Positions 29,382-38,543 of a stretch of 64,000 bases of DNA are shown here, piece after piece (positions within the stretch are counted from its first letter, which is position 1; each line of letters starts with the position of its first letter). Both the position numbers and the translations under genes were made by a program. Source of the DNA: an uncultured Nitrospiraceae bacterium (GTDB taxonomy: Bacteria > Nitrospirota > Thermodesulfovibrionia > Thermodesulfovibrionales > Dissulfurispiraceae); NCBI GenBank assembly GCA_963705105.1, contig CAVPIW010000007.1:96001-160000 (forward strand), read 5' to 3'. Under the pieces are notes generated by a model. It was not told the DNA's origin and did not search any database. It worked only from the letters and a program-made list of their open reading frames with translations.

Positions 29382-30665
29382 CTAATTTCCGGCCTTCGCC
29401 TTGGCGGACTCTTCGGCCTTTCTCTTGAATTCCTTGAGAATGGCCTGCTCCTTCTTGTTCTTCGCCAGGTATCCCGGCGTCGTCTGCCAGAACATGAGGG
29501 CAGCCAGGATGACCAGGATCCAGCCGAAGACGAATTTGTACTGATCGAGGGTGATGAGCTCCGTCATCTTGGGCCCGATAAAGCCGCCGACCAGCATGGC
29601 GAGACCGATTGATGCGCCGAGCTTCCAGTTGATGAACTTGATCTTCGAGTAGTTGTAGATGCCGCTTCCCTGGGAGAAGAGCACCGTCGGCATGACCGTT
29701 CCCGCGACGACCGTATGCGGAAGAGGCCAGATCGAGACGAGGAGCGGGTTCAGGATGAAGCCGCCGCCTGCGCCCATGAGGACGCCGAAGATCGATATGG
29801 CCAGGGTGAGGAGGAAAGGCCCGATCAGGTTCAGGCTCGTCCCGGCGTTGCTCATGTAAAGGGTCGGGAAGCTGATCTTGTTTTCGAATGTGGCAGGCTG
29901 GCTCTTGACGTTCTTGTCGACGACGGCGACGATGTTGTATTTGCCGGGCGCAAGGCCCTCGCGGATCGTGATGTCGGCCTTGTACGTGCCGTCGGGGTTC
30001 ACCTGCACGTCGGCGCTCAGCACCTTGTCCACCGAGCGGAAACGGGCCTTGACGAGCTGCATGGACCGTTTCCGGTTTTCCTTCTCGTCCATGGCCGGAA
30101 GGATGTCACCGCGTGATCCGATGATGCTGCCCATAAGGGTGGCCTGGTACCGGTCGAATTTCTTCTTGGCCGGCACGGAATAGGCGATCTCTGCGCCCGT
30201 GTCTTTCAACGCCTTGGAGAAGCTCCACTTGCTTCCTTCCTTCTTGGTCTTGTCAATGGCTTCTTTCTGCTCTTTCGGCGTGAATATCTTGTAATAGGCG
30301 GGCATCTCGTCCGTCATATAAAGGATGTAGGGCCTCTTGCCCGTGTCCTTGTCGACTTCAGAATCGAACCGCGACGCGCGCACCTTCTCGTCGGCCCAGA
30401 CCTCAAGATAGACGGGCTTGCCGATCGGCGCCGTGCCCGTGACACTGATCTTGCCGCCGTTGTCGAGGGCCGTCTTGTCGATCTGGATGGTCGGAGCTCC
30501 CGACTCGTCGGCCTTCTTCTCTTCCTGCTTCGCCTCGGCCTTCTGCTCTGTCTTCGCCTCGGGCTTCGGCGCGTCCTTCGGCTTTTCGGCGAAGGCGCCG
30601 TTCTGGTACAGCATGAATACCGTCGCACAGAGTGCAACGACCAGTGAGAACCAATACTTCTTCAT
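29382..30665 (-). CDS. TSUP/TauE-SafE half transporter fused to a large N-terminal periplasmic domain
   Basis: Signal peptide from ATG 30665 (MKKYWF...AFA); soluble ~250-aa region; 'VLMGAGGGFILNP', 'VAGT' TauE motifs. Confidence 0.83.
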   Translation of the reverse strand: MKKYWFSLVVALCATVFMLYQNGAFAEKPKDAPKPEAKTEQKAEAKQEEKKADESGAPTIQIDKTALDNGGKISVTGTAPIGKPVYLEVWADEKVRASRFDSEVDKDTGKRPYILYMTDEMPAYYKIFTPKEQKEAIDKTKKEGSKWSFSKALKDTGAEIAYSVPAKKKFDRYQATLMGSIIGSRGDILPAMDEKENRKRSMQLVKARFRSVDKVLSADVQVNPDGTYKADITIREGLAPGKYNIVAVVDKNVKSQPATFENKISFPTLYMSNAGTSLNLIGPFLLTLAISIFGVLMGAGGGFILNPLLVSIWPLPHTVVAGTVMPTVLFSQGSGIYNYSKIKFINWKLGASIGLAMLVGGFIGPKMTELITLDQYKFVFGWILVILAALMFWQTTPGYLAKNKKEQAILKEFKRKAEESAKAKAGN

Positions 30666-30761
30666 ATGCATCCCCCTTCTTCTCCTGCGATGAGCACCGG
30701 ACACGGTGCTTTGATTTCTTGTCGCGAGCCGCCCTGCGGGCCGCTCCAAAGAACAAAAGAA

Positions 30762-30777
30762 AGCAAGCCTTATGCCA
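30762..30777 (-). promoter_or_regulatory. Sigma-54 (-24/-12) promoter of the TSUP-Phs operon
   Basis: Minus strand TGGCAT-AAGGC-TTGCT. Confidence 0.88.
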
Positions 30778-30858
30778 CGAAGGGACTTTGAATACGGATT
30801 AATTACTCAGTCATATCAGAGAGATACACGGGATAAGGGCGATTCCGGCAGGTCGTGC

Positions 30859-30906
30859 TGTCCCATTTGGGACAATCAGCATAGACAAACTGTCCCATTT
30901 GGGACA
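30859..30906. promoter_or_regulatory. Two identical palindromic enhancer sites for a sigma-54 activator
   Basis: TGTCCCATTTGGGACA at 30859-30874 and 30891-30906, 32-bp period. Confidence 0.88.
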
Positions 30907-31129
30907 ACATTGATAATGACATTGTCAGTGTGAGTGTCAGTGAAGGGAGGACTTTGATTCGTAATAAGTCGTCATACCCGCGAGACTCGTCCCCCGCGGA
31001 TAGTAAGCGGGGAGCTGGTATTCAGCATACAAGAAACTGCCTAAAAACTGAATGACAAACGAGTGCTGTGCCGGGAATCCTTACTTCACGTCAGAGAAAG
31101 ATGCCGGACAAGCCGGCATGACAGACTTT

Positions 31130-31412
31130 ACCTTTCTGTTGCATGAAAAGGCGGGGCGCAGCGCTCTGAAAAACAGTGTCAGTGACAGTGTGAGTGTCAG
31201 TAAAAGTTCACATTTTTTCAGCCGTCGGCCTGAAATAGCTTCATCGATGTCGGGCGTTCGGGGAACGGCCCCTACACTATTTCATCCTTATGTGTCATCG
31301 ACCATTGGCGTATAGTTCATCTCTCGTTTTGATACAGGTGTCGCCGCATCAGGGTTTTCGGCGCATTCACCCCAGCCCCGCCTTTCCCGGGAGTGTATTG
31401 CAACGATAAGGT
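31130..31412 (-). repeat. Modular inverted-repeat element copy G
   Basis: TTGCATGAAAAGGCGGGGCG ... CCCCGCCTTTCCC..TTGCAACGATAAGGT. Confidence 0.9.
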
Positions 31413-31520
31413 TTGCAGAGCTTTTTCATTGAATAATTCCGGGCTTTTCTTTGCGGGCTTTGCGGCTTTGCGTGAGAATAATATTCCTTTCACTCACACT
31501 CACACTCGTACTCACACTGT

Positions 31521-32903
31521 CTAATCATCTTTATCGTCCGGCAGGAGGCCGTGGTTCTTCATCTTCGTCCGGAGCTGCTTCCTTGTAATCCCGAGCAGGT
31601 CCGCCGCCTTCGTCTGGTTCCAGGACGTCTTTTCAAGGACCCTCAGGAGGAGCCTCTTTTCCGTCTCTACGAGATTGAACTCGCCTTCCCCGCCCCGTGT
31701 GCTCCTCTGCATCTCCCGGATCGCCCTGGGCAGATATCGCATGGTGATGGCATCGGTAGGACAGAGCACGACGGCACGCTCAATAACATTCTCGATCTCC
31801 CGCACATTGCCGGGCCAGTCGTATTCCATGAACGCCTCCATCACGTCGTTCTCGATGGAGCTGATGAACTTATTGTTTTGCCCGTTAAACTTCTTCAGGA
31901 AATGCGACACGAGGAGCGGCACATCCTCCTTTCTGTCCCTGAGAGGGGGTATGTGGATCGAGACCACATTGAGCCGGTAATAGAGGTCCTCACGGAAATG
32001 CCCGGCCCGAATATCCGCGGCGAGGTCGCGGTTCGTGGCGGCGATGATCCGCACATCGACCTTGATCCTGTGCTTGCCGCCGACGCGAAGTATCTCCCTT
32101 TCCTGCAGAAATCGGAGGAACTTCTTCTGCACCCTCGGGGAAAGCTCCCCCACCTCGTCGAGGAAAACCGTGCCGCCGTCGGCGAGCTCCACCTGTCCCA
32201 TCTTCCGGTCATAGGCGCCGGTGAAGGCCCCCCGTTCGTGGCCGAAAAGTTCACTCTCCATGAGGTCCTCCGGCAGGGCCGCGCAGTCGATGGGGATGAA
32301 GGGGCGCTCGGCACGGGCAGACTCGAAATGAACGGCCCGCGCCACGAGCTCCTTTCCCGTGCCGCTCTCGCCTGTGATCAGGACATTGGAATTCGACCGC
32401 GCCACCATCTCAATGAGTTGAAAAACATCCTGCATCGCGGCGCTCTTGCCGGTGATGTTCTTGAAGCTGTTCCTTTCCTTTAACTGGGTTTTCAGATAGA
32501 GGTTTTCTCTGATGAGGCGGTGCTTCTCAACGGCCTCCCGGGTAACGTTCAGGAGCTCATCGGGGTTGACGGGCTTCGACAGGTACGAGAAGGCCCCCCT
32601 CCTCATGGCATCGACGGCCTTTTCGATCGTGCCGTAGGCGGTGAGCATGACGACAGGCATCCTGATGTCCCTGGCCCGGAGGGCATCGAGGAATTCGACG
32701 CCGTTCATGCCGGGCAGCTTATAGTCGGCGATGATCGTGTCGAACTCCGCTTTTGAAACTTTGTCCAACCCCTCCTCGGCCGATTTACACGCCTGCACGT
32801 CATAGCCGTTTTCGCGAAGGATGGCGGACAGCACCCTGAGGATGTTTGCCTCGTCGTCGATGAGGAGTATGCTTCCCCTATTCTGCCTGGCAGGACTCTC
32901 CAT
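31521..32903 (-). CDS. NtrC-family sigma-54-dependent response regulator
   Basis: Receiver 'LLIDDE..ADYKLP..KP'; 'GESGTGKE', 'GAFTGA', 'WPGNVRE'; Fis-type HTH. Confidence 0.97.
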   Translation of the reverse strand: MESPARQNRGSILLIDDEANILRVLSAILRENGYDVQACKSAEEGLDKVSKAEFDTIIADYKLPGMNGVEFLDALRARDIRMPVVMLTAYGTIEKAVDAMRRGAFSYLSKPVNPDELLNVTREAVEKHRLIRENLYLKTQLKERNSFKNITGKSAAMQDVFQLIEMVARSNSNVLITGESGTGKELVARAVHFESARAERPFIPIDCAALPEDLMESELFGHERGAFTGAYDRKMGQVELADGGTVFLDEVGELSPRVQKKFLRFLQEREILRVGGKHRIKVDVRIIAATNRDLAADIRAGHFREDLYYRLNVVSIHIPPLRDRKEDVPLLVSHFLKKFNGQNNKFISSIENDVMEAFMEYDWPGNVREIENVIERAVVLCPTDAITMRYLPRAIREMQRSTRGGEGEFNLVETEKRLLLRVLEKTSWNQTKAADLLGITRKQLRTKMKNHGLLPDDKDD

Positions 32904-33142
32904 ATTCAGCTTGAATCATTATAGCACGGGCATTCCGACAGTCGGCAGTCGGAAGAACAAAAACACAGATAAAGTCAGTCGCGCGCAAAACCGCAAATCG
33001 CGCGAAGAATGACAGAAAATCGAAGCATGATTGTGATAAGTGATGTTAAGTGGGTGTTAATTCTGCCAACCCTGATGGTGGCTATGTAACACCGAATTGG
33101 TAGTCGCAGGCTTTTGCCTCTTTTTAATTGAAAATTGACGAT

Positions 33143-33290
33143 CTCGTAAAAAGTCGTCATACCCGCGAAGCTTGTCCCCGCGGATAGTAAGCGGGGAGCG
33201 GGTATCCAGAGTATAAATAACTACCTGAAAGGACTGGATTCCCGTCTGCACGGGAATGACGGACAAGCCCTTTACGGGACTTTTTACGAG
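33143..33290. repeat. MITE-like element with 13-bp perfect terminal inverted repeats enclosing a GTCAT(A/T)CCCG REP pair
   Basis: CTCGTAAAAAGTC (33143-33155) / GACTTTTTACGAG (33278-33290); related partial copy at ~30960-31025. Confidence 0.75.
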
Positions 33291-33464
33291 GCTGTAAATT
33301 AAGAATACACATAAACGTTAGCTTTATGTGCAAGGCTACAAAAAATAGGATGGAGACACCCCTGTTCAAAATAGTTTGCAGCGAGACCTTTCTTCTTTGC
33401 GTGCTTTGCGGCTTGGCGTGAGACTGCCGCTATTAAAGCGAGGCAAATGGAGCCAATTCATTTG

Positions 33465-33640
33465 AACGTTAAGCAGTGTTAACCACTTAACTTTAGCAGT
33501 GTCGCCTGTGATCAGGGTTTCCTCTTAATACCTTTTCAATTCAATATCATTTCTTCTCTAAACGATGGATCAGAGGCTGGCACAATTCTTTCTATAAAGA
33601 AACTCCGAACGAACTGATCGCACGATGATAGACATAGAAA
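33465..33640 (+). promoter_or_regulatory. Upstream control unit of cytochrome 1: GTTAA/TTAAC array, sigma-54-like promoter, conserved leader motif
   Basis: AACGTTAAGCAGTGTTAACCACTTAAC 33465-33491; TGGCACAATTCTTTCT 33578-33593; ATCGCACGATGATAGACATAGAAA 33617-33640; same arrangement before cytochrome 2. Confidence 0.7.
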
Positions 33641-33663
33641 GCAAGAAAAGGAGGTATCACAGC

Positions 33664-35766
33664 ATGAAGAGATTTTTTGCAATTCTCAGCATCATCTGCC
33701 TGGCGCTGGCTTTTGGGCAGGACGTGAGCTTCGCCGCAAAGCCCGTGTATTACACGGTAATCGTGGCGTCGTCCAGCCCGAACACCGGCGTCGCCATCAC
33801 CGTCAGCCCTAGCGACGCCGATAGGCAAAGCAACGGCACAACACAGTTCACACGCAGTTACAGGAGCGGCACATCGGTGACACTCACCGCGCCCGATACT
33901 GCAAGTGGCAACAGGTTTCAGAAGTGGACCCGGAACGGCACAGATGTAACCCCATCCAACCCCACGGTCACTTTTACGATCAGCACCAACACCGCGATGA
34001 CCGCCGTCTACACGACGACCACCGCGCCTCCCCCTGACACGACGGCGCCTGCCACCTCCGCAAGCCCTGCGGGAGGCACCTACACCAGCGCACAGACGGT
34101 CACCCTGACAAGGAATGAGGCGGGCACGACCTTCTACTGCACAGGCAGCTCCACCTGCACCCCCTCGACCACCTACTCCGCGCCTGTCACCATCAGCGGA
34201 TCCACCACTCTGAGATTCTACTCCAGGGACACCGCCAGCAACACGGAGACCACCAAGACAGCGACCTACACCATAAATGCGGCTCCTCCGGCCACCGATC
34301 ACTCGGGCCTGACCTGGACGGGAAGCTACACAATCTGCCAGCAGTGCCACAGCACTGAAGTGAACGATGTCCTGAACAGCGTTCACTACCAGTGGAAAGG
34401 CAGTGCCGCCGAGATGACCAGTGGCACGACGTCCCAGGGCAAGATCGTCCAGCGCGACGCCAGTGGCAAAATCATCACCGGCGCGAGCGCGATGAACGCA
34501 TACTGCGTCAACGTCCTCGGCAACTGGGCCGGCTGCGGCTCCTGCCACGTCGGTCTCGGCGCAGAGCCGACGGCGACCAACAAAGACAACATCGACTGTC
34601 TCCTCTGCCACCAGAAGGACTACAAGAGGGTAAAGGTAAACGGCGTTTTTCAGCCTGACACGGCGAACATGACCATAACCATGGACCAGGCCCTCCGGAC
34701 TCTTCACAGGCCTGTCAGGGCAAACTGCCTGCAGTGCCATGCCAAGGCCGGCGGCGGAGACGCCGTCAAGCGCGGCGATATGGCCCTTGCCAATGCAACC
34801 ACCACGGACAGGAACTACGATGTGCACATGGCATCCACGGCGAACGGGAACATCGTTTGCCAGCAGTGCCACACCTATACCAATCACAAGGTGGCCGGAA
34901 GAGGCAGCGACATCAGGCCGATCGATTCGACCGTTGCGGTGAGCTGCTCGACCTCAACCTGCCACTCCGGCAAGAGCGGCACGTCCGGTCATTCCACGTC
35001 GGCCGTCAACAGGCACGTGAACCGCGTGGCTTGCCAGACCTGCCACATCCCGACCTATGCGAAAAACGCAGCCGATACCGCCGCCACCGAGGCGACGGAG
35101 ACGCACCGCGACTGGACCGTTCCTGAGTACAATGCCACCGCGAAGAGGTGGGAGCCGACACCGACGAAGGCGAACAACCTGAGGCCCGTGTATGCCCATT
35201 GGAACGGCACGAGCTGGGGCTCCAACCTCAATGATGCTCCGACAGCCGTTAGCGGCGTTTATCTGCTTTCCGAGCCTGAAGGAGGCGTGAACGTCGCCAA
35301 CAGCAAGCTCTATCCGTTCAAATACAAAACGGCAAAACAACCTTATGCGGCGTCGCTGAATGTCCTCATTGCCATCGACACGGCGAAGTACTGGGCATTT
35401 GCCGTCCCTCCGTATGTGCCGACGGCAACCGATGTCGACGCGACAGTGCGTCAGGGCCTGACGAACATGGGCTACGCATCGACCACGGCATACACGTGGG
35501 TCACCACCGCCGAGTATCAGCTCCTGAGCCACCAGGTTTCACCCAGTGCCAATGTGCTGCAGTGCACGAGCTGTCACGTGTCGGGCACGGCGGCGCAGAT
35601 GAACCTCCAGAGCCTCGGCTACGGCCTGAAGAAGCCGACGTCGGATCTCTGCAACGACTGCCACAGTCTAAGGTCTTACTCCAGCAGTTATAGCAACTTC
35701 ACGTCCGTCCACAGCAGGCACACGTCACGGACGAACTGCTCGAGCTGTCACAATTTCTCGAGGTAG
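33664..35766 (+). CDS. Exported decaheme c-type cytochrome (octaheme tetrathionate reductase-like core + 2 extra hemes) with N-terminal Ig-like domains, copy 1
   Basis: 9 CxxCH + 1 CxxxxCH; Sec signal from ATG 33664 after AGGAGG; 'SPAGGTYTSAQTVTL' domain; 'HYQW..GK..NAYC' OTR-like pattern (inference). Confidence 0.88.
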   Translation: MKRFFAILSIICLALAFGQDVSFAAKPVYYTVIVASSSPNTGVAITVSPSDADRQSNGTTQFTRSYRSGTSVTLTAPDTASGNRFQKWTRNGTDVTPSNPTVTFTISTNTAMTAVYTTTTAPPPDTTAPATSASPAGGTYTSAQTVTLTRNEAGTTFYCTGSSTCTPSTTYSAPVTISGSTTLRFYSRDTASNTETTKTATYTINAAPPATDHSGLTWTGSYTICQQCHSTEVNDVLNSVHYQWKGSAAEMTSGTTSQGKIVQRDASGKIITGASAMNAYCVNVLGNWAGCGSCHVGLGAEPTATNKDNIDCLLCHQKDYKRVKVNGVFQPDTANMTITMDQALRTLHRPVRANCLQCHAKAGGGDAVKRGDMALANATTTDRNYDVHMASTANGNIVCQQCHTYTNHKVAGRGSDIRPIDSTVAVSCSTSTCHSGKSGTSGHSTSAVNRHVNRVACQTCHIPTYAKNAADTAATEATETHRDWTVPEYNATAKRWEPTPTKANNLRPVYAHWNGTSWGSNLNDAPTAVSGVYLLSEPEGGVNVANSKLYPFKYKTAKQPYAASLNVLIAIDTAKYWAFAVPPYVPTATDVDATVRQGLTNMGYASTTAYTWVTTAEYQLLSHQVSPSANVLQCTSCHVSGTAAQMNLQSLGYGLKKPTSDLCNDCHSLRSYSSSYSNFTSVHSRHTSRTNCSSCHNFSR

Positions 35767-35796
35767 AGATTTAAATCTCGACACATTATCGGACTT

Positions 35797-35838
35797 AGAG
35801 AGGGGATTGGCCGACCGGCCAATCCCCCTCTCTTTTTT
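35797..35838 (+). terminator. Intrinsic terminator
   Basis: GAGGGGATTGGCCG-AC-CGGCCAATCCCCCTC followed by a T run. Confidence 0.85.
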
Positions 35839-36143
35839 ACGCAATCATGAGAGGCTCTTGAAAAGCACTTCATTATAATCGCTTTTGTGGCAGCAGGCTG
35901 CAGCCTGCTGCTTTTCACGCACTGAATGCATAAAATCGCGTACATGTATCTCCTGCATTTCGGCTTCTTCCTATTAATATCAATATATTCACCATGTTAA
36001 CGATGGTCGGGGCGACAGGCACGAATATTCTTATGATGAAGCTTTGCAAGACGCCCATCGCACGATGACTGACAGGGAGAAGCCTAAAAAGGATGTCATG
36101 CGAAAGAGCACCCGTCCCAATTGGATGGTTTATTATCCATTTT

Positions 36144-36321
36144 AACGTTAATTTTGTTAACTGTTTAACATCACTAAATGCCCTTTTCGAAAACCACCTT
36201 GCAGCATTTCTCATTAATTCAATGATATTTAATACAGAAAGAGAGTCAGGTGACGTTGGCACAATTATTTCATATACATTATTAATAAACGTCGCGCATC
36301 GCACAATGATTGACATAGAAA
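36144..36321 (+). promoter_or_regulatory. Upstream control unit of cytochrome 2
   Basis: AACGTTAATTTTGTTAACTGTTTAAC 36144-36169; TGGCACAATTATTTCA 36257-36272; ATCGCACAATGATTGACATAGAAA 36298-36321. Confidence 0.7.
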
Positions 36322-36343
36322 AACCACTAAGAGGAGGTAATGC

Positions 36344-38419
36344 ATGAAGAGAATTTTGGCAGTTGTCAGCATCATCTGTATGGTGCTGGCCTTCGGACCG
36401 GGCACAAGCTTCGCCGAGGACTACACGCTGACCGTGGCATCCTCGAACCCGAGCAGCGGCGTCTCCATCACCGTAACCCCAAACGACAGAAACGGCAGGG
36501 GGAGCGGCACGACCCAATTCACCCGCACCTACCGGGAAAACACGTCGGTGACACTCACCGCGCCAGCCACTGTTAGCGGGAGGACTTTTCAGAAGTGGAC
36601 CAGGAACGGCTCCGACTATTCGACGAGCCTGGCCACCAGGGTCACAATGAGCAGGGACCGCACGATGACAGCCGTGTACACGACGACGACCAGTGACACC
36701 ACACCACCTGTGACGACTGCAAGCCCGGCGGGAGGCACCTACACCAGTGCACAGACGGTCACCCTGACAAGGAACGAGGCGGGCACGACCTTCTACTGCA
36801 CAGGCAGCTCCACCTGCACCCCCTCGACCACCTACTCCGCGCCTGTCACCATCAGCGGATCCACCACTCTGAGATTCTACTCCAGGGACAGCGCGGGCAA
36901 CACGGAGACCACCAAGTCAGCGACCTACACGATCAACATCCCTCAGGCCACCGATCACTCGGGCCTCACCTGGACGGGAAGCTACACAATCTGCCAGCAG
37001 TGCCACAGCACTGAAGTGAACGATGTCCTGAACAGCGTTCACTACCAGTGGAAAGGCAGTGCCGCCGAGATGACCAGTGGCACGACGTCCCAGGGCAAGA
37101 TCGTCCAGCGCGACGCCAGTGGCAAAATCATCACCGGCGCGAGCGCGATGAACGCATACTGCGTCAACGTCCTCGGCAACTGGGCCGGCTGCGGCTCCTG
37201 CCACGTCGGTCTCGGCGCAGAGCCGACGGCGACCAACAAAGACAACATCGACTGTCTCCTCTGCCACCAGAAGGACTACAAGAGGGTTAAGGTCAATGGC
37301 GTATTCCAACCCGACCCGACGATGACCATCACCATGGACCAGGCCCTCCGGACTCTCCACAGGCCTGTCAGGGCAAACTGCCTGCAGTGCCATGCCAAGG
37401 CCGGCGGCGGAGACGCCGTCAAGCGCGGCGATATGGCCCTTGCCAATGCAACCACCACGGACAGGAACTACGATGTGCACATGGCATCCACGGCGAACGG
37501 GAACATCGTTTGCCAGCAGTGCCACACCTATACCAATCACAAGGTGGCCGGAAGAGGCAGCGACATCAGGCCGATCGATTCGACCGTTGCGGTGAGCTGC
37601 TCGACCTCAACCTGCCACTCCGGCAAGAGCGGCACGTCCGGTCATTCCACGTCGGCCGTCAACAGGCACGTGAACCGCGTGGCCTGCCAGACCTGCCACA
37701 TCCCGACCTATGCGAAAAACGCAGCCGATACCGCCGCCACCGAGGCGACGGAGACGCACCGCGACTGGACCGTTCCTGAGTACAATGCCACCGCGAAGAG
37801 GTGGGAGCCGACACCGACGAAGGCGAACAACCTGAGGCCCGTGTATGCCCATTGGAACGGCACGAGCTGGGGCTCCAACCTCAATGATGCTCCGACAGCC
37901 GTTAGCGGCGTTTATCTGCTTTCCGAGCCTGAAGGAGGCGTGAACGTCGCCAACAGCAAGCTCTATCCGTTCAAATACAAAACGGCAAAACAACCTTATG
38001 CGGCGTCGCTGAATGTCCTCATTGCCATCGACACGGCGAAGTACTGGGCATTTGCCATCCCTCCGTATGTGCCGACGGCAACCGATGTCGACGCGACAGT
38101 GCGTCAGGGCCTGACGAACATGGGCTACGCATCGACCACGGCATACACGTGGGTCACCACCGCCGAGTATCAGCTCCTGAGCCACCAGGTTTCACCCAGT
38201 GCCAATGTGCTGCAGTGCACGAGCTGTCACGTGTCGGGCACGGCAACGCAGATGAACCTTCAGAGTCTCGGCTACGGCCTGAAGAAGCCGACGTCCGATC
38301 TCTGCAACGACTGCCACAGCCTGGAGTCCTATACGAGCAGTTACAACAACTTCACGTCCGTCCACAGCAGGCACACATCACGGACGAACTGCTCAAGCTG
38401 TCACAATTTCTCGAGGTAG
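36344..38419 (+). CDS. Exported decaheme c-type cytochrome, copy 2 (heme region near-identical to copy 1)
   Basis: Same ten heme motifs; diverged first Ig-like domain. Confidence 0.88.
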   Translation: MKRILAVVSIICMVLAFGPGTSFAEDYTLTVASSNPSSGVSITVTPNDRNGRGSGTTQFTRTYRENTSVTLTAPATVSGRTFQKWTRNGSDYSTSLATRVTMSRDRTMTAVYTTTTSDTTPPVTTASPAGGTYTSAQTVTLTRNEAGTTFYCTGSSTCTPSTTYSAPVTISGSTTLRFYSRDSAGNTETTKSATYTINIPQATDHSGLTWTGSYTICQQCHSTEVNDVLNSVHYQWKGSAAEMTSGTTSQGKIVQRDASGKIITGASAMNAYCVNVLGNWAGCGSCHVGLGAEPTATNKDNIDCLLCHQKDYKRVKVNGVFQPDPTMTITMDQALRTLHRPVRANCLQCHAKAGGGDAVKRGDMALANATTTDRNYDVHMASTANGNIVCQQCHTYTNHKVAGRGSDIRPIDSTVAVSCSTSTCHSGKSGTSGHSTSAVNRHVNRVACQTCHIPTYAKNAADTAATEATETHRDWTVPEYNATAKRWEPTPTKANNLRPVYAHWNGTSWGSNLNDAPTAVSGVYLLSEPEGGVNVANSKLYPFKYKTAKQPYAASLNVLIAIDTAKYWAFAIPPYVPTATDVDATVRQGLTNMGYASTTAYTWVTTAEYQLLSHQVSPSANVLQCTSCHVSGTATQMNLQSLGYGLKKPTSDLCNDCHSLESYTSSYNNFTSVHSRHTSRTNCSSCHNFSR

Positions 38420-38456
38420 TAGAGATAGACCTCGAACTGTAATCACACTTTAAAAG

Positions 38457-38498
38457 AAGAGGGGGGTTGGCTGCAAGGCCAACCCCCCTCTTCTTTCT
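38457..38498 (+). terminator. Intrinsic terminator
   Basis: AAGAGGGGGGTTGGC-TGCAAG-GCCAACCCCCCTCTT followed by a T-rich tail. Confidence 0.82.
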
Positions 38499-38543
38499 GC
38501 AACATAACAGCATGCTGTCATTCCGGCTCGTCGGGAATCTTTC

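Noticed and set aside
33664..38419. Diversity-generating retroelement template/variable pair
   Set aside because: Differences are mostly synonymous and not adenine-specific; both copies are full genes; no reverse transcriptase in the window
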